From an uncultured Planctomycetaceae bacterium (lineage in GTDB: Bacteria > Planctomycetota > Planctomycetia > Planctomycetales > Planctomycetaceae): a DNA stretch of 64,000 nt. The translations under genes and the position numbers were made by a program. The stretch covers positions 512,001-576,000 of the forward strand of contig CAWFGE010000023.1 in assembly GCA_963815195.1 (NCBI GenBank), given 5' to 3'. The notes below the pieces were generated by a model. That model made no database searches, was not told the origin of the DNA, and saw only the letters and a list, made by a program, of their open reading frames with translations. Below, one piece after another: positions 58,929 through 64,000 of the stretch; within the stretch, counting starts at the first letter, position 1; the number at the start of each line of letters is the position of its first letter.

Positions 58929-59527
58929 GTCCGATACAGCCGCTTCACCCTCTCCACCAGCGATTCTGGCACAAGGTGCGCCCATCCCCGCCCCAGTCGA
59001 ATGCTCTCGCGCACTTCGGTCGCGGAAATGTGATCGAAATTCTCTCCGACCGGCAGATGCCGAATCCGGTGACGCATGGCGGCGGGCGGCTCGTAAACGC
59101 CCTGGCGGCCGGCCACCAGGAGCCCGTATTCATCCAGTTGCCGTTCGAACGCGCCGGGCTCGCCGTAGTCCCAGTTGACGATACGCTCGGCGGCGTCCCG
59201 GCCGCACAGGAACCAGAGGCCAGTCTCTTGTCCGTACGCCTCACGGCACTCGCGAGCGATCTCGATGAACAGCCCTCCGTCCGTCACTGCCACCGAAAAG
59301 CGCGGCTCTTCCCGCGTTGCCGCCAGCAGCATTTCCAGGCGATCCTCGAGCGCCACTATCTCGTACTCCTTGTGGGGAAAGCGCCGGGGGAGCACGAACA
59401 CGACCTCGTCCACCAGTCGCAATGCGGCATTGGCCAAGCCCAGGTGGGCCCGCGTCGGCGGATGAAACGCGGCTGACAGAATCCCCAACTGGGGCGGGTT
59501 CCCAGCCGCGCGGCGGGAGAACTCCAT
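58925..59527 (-). CDS. NadD-like nucleotidyltransferase (cytidylyltransferase superfamily)
   Basis: FHPPTRAH (T/HxGH-like), GRDAA, ISATEVR. Confidence 0.75.
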
Positions 59528-59589
59528 GCATCTATCGTAACGGCTGCCACCCCGCCACGGCCGCCCTGAGCTACATTAGAGGTACTGGC

Positions 59590-60342
59590 ATGTTTACCTG
59601 GATTTGTCCCCAATGCGGCAAGGAAGTGCCGCCCCATGAGAATGAGTGCCCTTACTGTCACGGCACCGGCGAAGTGGAAGAGCCGGTGGTCCCAACTCTG
59701 GCTCCGCCGCCGGTCTCCGCCCCATCCCCGCCCCCACCTCGGGAGCCAGCGGAGCCCGCTCCCCCGCCGCGGTACGCAGCCCCTGAGCCGACGCCCCCGC
59801 AGTCTCCGCCTGCCCCGGAGCAGCAGGCTTACTATGAGATCGGCGATCATCACCGGGGCATGCCCGGCTGGCTGGTGACGATATTGGTGGCCGCCGTGGT
59901 CACCGGCATCGGCGCGCTTCTCTATTTCTTTGTGTTGCCGTCGAAAGGGAACCGGGCCGCTACTCAGCAGGAATCCCCATTTGAAGCCGTGCCCGAGGGA
60001 GGCCAGCCGTCCGCGGTCGCGGCCCGGCTTTCCCGGCATATCGAAGTCACGGGTTTCCGGCTGACCGAGGATGCCGGCAGGCGCGCTCAGTGCCAGTTCC
60101 TCGTCGTAAATCACTCGGCCGCCGATATAGGGGATCTCGCCGGAAAGGTGCAACTTCGCACCACCGAGGCCGGACCGGACGAGGATCCAATCGCCGAATT
60201 CGAGTTCAAGACACCAAAATTGGGGCCGTACGAGTCTGTCGAATTCAAGACGGCCGTCGATACGAAACTACGCGCCTACGAATTGCCGGACTGGCAGTAC
60301 TTGAAGGCGACGGTGGAGATCACTTCGCCCCAGGAGCCGTGA
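59590..60342 (+). CDS. Zn-ribbon, Pro-rich linker, single-TM hypothetical protein
   Basis: CPQC..CPYC, Pro-rich tract, TM, LRAYELPDWQ. Confidence 0.75.
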   Translation: MFTWICPQCGKEVPPHENECPYCHGTGEVEEPVVPTLAPPPVSAPSPPPPREPAEPAPPPRYAAPEPTPPQSPPAPEQQAYYEIGDHHRGMPGWLVTILVAAVVTGIGALLYFFVLPSKGNRAATQQESPFEAVPEGGQPSAVAARLSRHIEVTGFRLTEDAGRRAQCQFLVVNHSAADIGDLAGKVQLRTTEAGPDEDPIAEFEFKTPKLGPYESVEFKTAVDTKLRAYELPDWQYLKATVEITSPQEP

Positions 60343-60424
60343 GAGTGCCCGATCGCTAAGGTGTCGGACGGTAATCGGAGCCTAGCCCGGCGCCGGCGCC
60401 CCGGCGCGTTGTCCTCAACACCGT

Positions 60425-62233
60425 CTACAACAACTCGTTCGCCAACCGGCGGAAGTTCGTTGGCGTAATCAACTGGACGCGTATTTCGAGCTGGGTAAAG
60501 CGGCGCAGGACTTCGTGAAGCTCCTCGGTCGGCAGGTCCGGGCTGGCCAGATGAAGACTGCCGGCCTCGATCTTCACTGGCAGGACGTTCCATTCTCTAA
60601 CGATGTGCGCGGGCAGACTGCGGGCGACCTGGCGGCGCACATCCCGGGGCTCGATCTTCCCCAGGGCGAGCCCAAGTTGCAGGCTGAGAGCTTCGTACAA
60701 TTCCTCCTCCGATAACATCCCAAGATGCACAAGGTGTTCGCCCAAGCGGATGCCCCGCGGCTTTGTTTTTTGCGCGTAGGCGAGGTCCGCCGGGTCCAGA
60801 TACGCCGAGCCGGTGAGGATCTCCTCGAGCGGACGCTTGTGGGGCAGCAGAGCTACCCGCGAAGGATACGCGTGTTCGGTCTTCACCCAGACCAGAGGCT
60901 TCCGGTACAGCCGCGCCGCCAGGAAGGCCTGGATCGCGCAGACAGTGGAGACGGAATTCAGGAGATTCCCGTATACGGTGCGCAGCGGCACTCCCAGGGC
61001 AAAGGGCACTCCGTAAATCCGGGCTACGAATGCCATGCGGGCGCTCATATGGATGAGCTGCAGCGCGAGGTTGGTGGCGAGCAATGGACCCAGATTCTGT
61101 TCGAGCAGTTTCCCGCCCAGCCCCCATGGAACGCCCAGCCACCGCGCCCCAAGCCAGGTTGCCAGACCGTACAGACAGATCAGATTGGCCAGCAGGCTTA
61201 CCGGATTGCCCGCGAGGCCCTTACGGTCCCGCCAGAGCCAGTAGGACTGTCTGAAGCCGCCGCTCCAACCGTGCCGCGCCCAACTCTGCAGCGCGATCCC
61301 GGTGACCCAGCGGGTCCGCTGATTCACCGCCCAGCGGAACGTGCGGGGAAAGTACTCCCGCGTGGCAATCGGCGCGCCGCTCTCGAACCGGATCGGCACG
61401 AAGATCTGGCGGCAACCCATCAGGTGCAGCCGGAGGCCGTTTTCATAGTCCTCGGTGAGACACGATGGCTCAAACACCCGGTTCGATTCGGACTCAGCCA
61501 ACAATTCGAGGGCGCGCCGCGTGTACCCGGTGCCGACGCCTGATGACGGCACGAACCCGCCGAGAGCCTGCCGGGCGACGAGATCCTTTGTGTGGCATTC
61601 GGCGAAATCGTCACAATAGAGACCATGCGCGAAGTCCAGCACCGGCGTCGTCAGCGGCAGGACCGGCGTCTGAATCATGTCGTAGTCCCCGGCGTAGTGG
61701 TTGATCCACCGCAATTCGTCGGAATGGATCAGATCTTCGGCGTCGTGAGTGAGAACCACATCGAAGCGGCAGTCGTTCTCCTCCTCAAACAGAAGCATCC
61801 GCTGGTAGATCCAATTCAGACAGTCGGCCTTTGACGTCGGGCCGTCGTGCGGGCAGAGGGAGAGATGAATGTTCGTGTGCCGGTGCTCGATCCCGCGGAC
61901 CGCGCCGATGGTGGGCTCGTCATTCGGATAGGCTCCGATGAAGATGTCGTAGCTCTGGTATCGGATCGCCGAGACGTTGTGTCCGATCATCTCGGCAATC
62001 ACGCCGGCCTCCTTCCAGCACGGGACGAAGATTGCGATTCGCCGGACGGCTTCCGGCGGCGGACCGAGTTCCTCGGCGGGCCCCGCGGAACGGGACCACC
62101 GGTGGAGAAACGCCAGCAGCACGACCAGGTCGTCCAGCCCGCTCAGCAGAATCCAAGCCGCCACGGGCAGCAGGCACACGGCGAGGGGGCCGTCCAGGAT
62201 TCCGGATATGCGGGCGAACGCTTCCTCCACCAA
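60425..62233 (-). CDS. NfrB-like family 2 glycosyltransferase with C-terminal MshEN domain
   Basis: GPTSKADCLN, HDAED, LTEDY, QRTRW, WVKTEHAYP; RLGEHLVHLGMLSEEELYEALSLQ. Confidence 0.87.
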   Translation of the reverse strand: MVEEAFARISGILDGPLAVCLLPVAAWILLSGLDDLVVLLAFLHRWSRSAGPAEELGPPPEAVRRIAIFVPCWKEAGVIAEMIGHNVSAIRYQSYDIFIGAYPNDEPTIGAVRGIEHRHTNIHLSLCPHDGPTSKADCLNWIYQRMLLFEEENDCRFDVVLTHDAEDLIHSDELRWINHYAGDYDMIQTPVLPLTTPVLDFAHGLYCDDFAECHTKDLVARQALGGFVPSSGVGTGYTRRALELLAESESNRVFEPSCLTEDYENGLRLHLMGCRQIFVPIRFESGAPIATREYFPRTFRWAVNQRTRWVTGIALQSWARHGWSGGFRQSYWLWRDRKGLAGNPVSLLANLICLYGLATWLGARWLGVPWGLGGKLLEQNLGPLLATNLALQLIHMSARMAFVARIYGVPFALGVPLRTVYGNLLNSVSTVCAIQAFLAARLYRKPLVWVKTEHAYPSRVALLPHKRPLEEILTGSAYLDPADLAYAQKTKPRGIRLGEHLVHLGMLSEEELYEALSLQLGLALGKIEPRDVRRQVARSLPAHIVREWNVLPVKIEAGSLHLASPDLPTEELHEVLRRFTQLEIRVQLITPTNFRRLANELL

Positions 62234-62379
62234 GTGATCTAGTGGCCGGAGGACGGCAATCGTCGCAGCGTATTTATGGGAAAATCGCGTCTATGAACCA
62301 GCCGACGCGGCGATGGGTTACCCCTGGCAGTCGCGCTCCGGACGATCCGGCCGCCGCGTTCGAGGACGATAACTTCTAG

Positions 62380-63825
62380 ATGTGGCGGCGCTCACTCATT
62401 TTCGCTTTTCTGGTGATCCTTCCCGCGGCGGCTTCCATGATCGTCGATCGCGCTCCCGCGGCGGCGTCCGTCGCGGAAATATTCATCGACGAGGCCGGGA
62501 TTCGAATCGAGTGGGATCGCTTGGAAGGCGCCGTCCTTCCCGAGCTGAGGATTCAGCCAGAACCGAAGCGCCGTCCCCGGACGGTTGTTATCGCTCCTCC
62601 CGAAGGCGCGCGGCCCGAGGAGTATGGCTTCGTCGTCTATCATCGCGGTTTGCCGGTGGCCGATCTCCACTACCTGGCGCGGCCTGAGATCCTGGATCTG
62701 AATTGGGAGGACCCCTGGCAATCGGCCTTCCGAAACCCCCGCTTGCGCCGGTTCTACGACTCAGCGATGGGCCTGTTTCTCTATGCCGAGCCATTCGAGG
62801 TGCGGCTCGAGATCGTGGGCCGTCCCTCGGACCTTGGGGTCCAATCGGCAGATGACCTTCGGCGGCAAGTGGCGCGCCGGCTCGATGGGGCGTTTTCTCT
62901 CACCATCGACGGCGAGATCGTCCGGCCCAAACTCGACCGGGTCCAGTTTCTCGAACGCCGGCTTCGGTCAAGTTCGGTCATCGAGCCGCCGGCCGCGGAG
63001 GAACTGCCATTCGCCACCGTCGGCGCGATCTACGTGGCCCTTCTAGACGCTCCACCGCGAACCGTGTCCGCCGCCTGGAACTCGTTCGATGACGATACGC
63101 CGGCCGTCGCGGGATCGGTGACCGATGAGATCGCGACCCGCCCGGCGATGTTGCGGCCCGGCAACGCGACGGTCTCCTGGGAGAACTTTGGACAACTCCG
63201 TATACCCTCGCTCTCGGCTGTCGCCGCGCCGCCGTCGATGTTGGAGCGACACTGGCCATTGGCGGGCACGATCGCCGGTGTCGCGCTGCTGGGGCTGCTC
63301 GTCTATCTTTGGTCACGCGCTCGCCGCGGGCTGTCCACGTCCCGAGCGGCTCTGCTGGCCGCCTTTTTATCCCTCGCTTTGGCTGTCGCCGCGATTTCCC
63401 GAAGCCGTGTGGACGCCGTTTCTCAAGAGCAAGCCCGGGAGATCGTCCGCGCCCTGCTATTCAACGTCTACCGGGCCTTCGATCGCCACCAGGAAGAGAT
63501 GATCTATGACACGCTCGCCCACAGCGTTTCGGGAGAGCTGTTGACTGAGGCCTACCTCGAAGCGCGCCGGTCGCTGGAGGTCGAAAGCCTCGGTGGCGCC
63601 CGCACCAGGGTGAAGCAGATCGGCATCGAACGGTCCGAGGCCGAGCCGCTCGAAGATCGTCCCGGCTTCCGCGCCCGGTGCGTCTGGGAGGTGCAAGGAT
63701 CTGTCGGCCACTGGGGACACACCCACGAACGCCGCAACCGTTACGAGGCCCGTCTGAAGGTCGAACCCATCGAGGGCATCTGGAAAATCACCGGCCTTGA
63801 GTTGCTGAACGACGAGCGCCTGTAG
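62380..63825 (+). CDS. Exported/membrane hypothetical protein
   Basis: Signal peptide, two TM helices, NVYRAFD, GSVGHWGHTH. Confidence 0.75.
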   Translation: MWRRSLIFAFLVILPAAASMIVDRAPAAASVAEIFIDEAGIRIEWDRLEGAVLPELRIQPEPKRRPRTVVIAPPEGARPEEYGFVVYHRGLPVADLHYLARPEILDLNWEDPWQSAFRNPRLRRFYDSAMGLFLYAEPFEVRLEIVGRPSDLGVQSADDLRRQVARRLDGAFSLTIDGEIVRPKLDRVQFLERRLRSSSVIEPPAAEELPFATVGAIYVALLDAPPRTVSAAWNSFDDDTPAVAGSVTDEIATRPAMLRPGNATVSWENFGQLRIPSLSAVAAPPSMLERHWPLAGTIAGVALLGLLVYLWSRARRGLSTSRAALLAAFLSLALAVAAISRSRVDAVSQEQAREIVRALLFNVYRAFDRHQEEMIYDTLAHSVSGELLTEAYLEARRSLEVESLGGARTRVKQIGIERSEAEPLEDRPGFRARCVWEVQGSVGHWGHTHERRNRYEARLKVEPIEGIWKITGLELLNDERL

Positions 63826-63827
63826 CG

Positions 63828-64000
63828 TCAGTCCCGCGCTTCGAGCTTCTTGATCACACCGAGCACCACCCGGCCGGTGACCTCCAAACTATTCGGCGCT
63901 CAGCTTGTCCATCGTGTCTTCTTCCGTGTGCCAGTACTCATTGCCCTCGCCGTATTCAAAATCGATCAGGTCCACAGCCGTCACGCCGAGCCTGAGAAAG
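63828..64000 (-). CDS. M28-family peptidase / glutaminyl cyclase-like, C-terminal fragment
   Basis: Manual translation VDLIDFEYG..YWHTEEDTMDKLS; frameshift near 63895. Confidence 0.7.

Overview
About 57 kb of GC-rich Planctomycetota-like DNA (LExRxLL-motif giant surface proteins, Trx/PDZ protein, palindromic intergenic repeats) is joined abruptly at ~56.95 kb to a segment that reads as Acidobacteria-like (dnaG tail, rpoD, nadD-like, NfrB-like GT2). This junction is probably a chimera. Many genes, including purF and argH, carry single frameshifts, which points to uncorrected long-read indels. Two accessory systems stand out. (1) An IS-bounded defence island (6.4-13.1 kb) encodes a short, non-slicing prokaryotic Argonaute translationally coupled to a three-domain partner: a restriction-endonuclease-like (Mrr-like) domain, a TIR domain that appears to lack its catalytic Glu, and APAZ. 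The partner gene is split in frame by an IS4-family element with clean terminal inverted repeats and an 11-bp target duplication, so the ORF track hides it. (2) A ~16 kb SrfA/SrfC/SrfB-like locus has an SrfA-like head fused to a Zn ribbon, a TM helix and ~1,750 aa of Ig-like repeats. It is followed by a dynamin-like SrfC, an Hsp70/actin-fold SrfB, an exported protein, a Zn-ribbon beta-propeller and a dedicated Hsp70. All family assignments come from motif recognition by eye, not from database searches.
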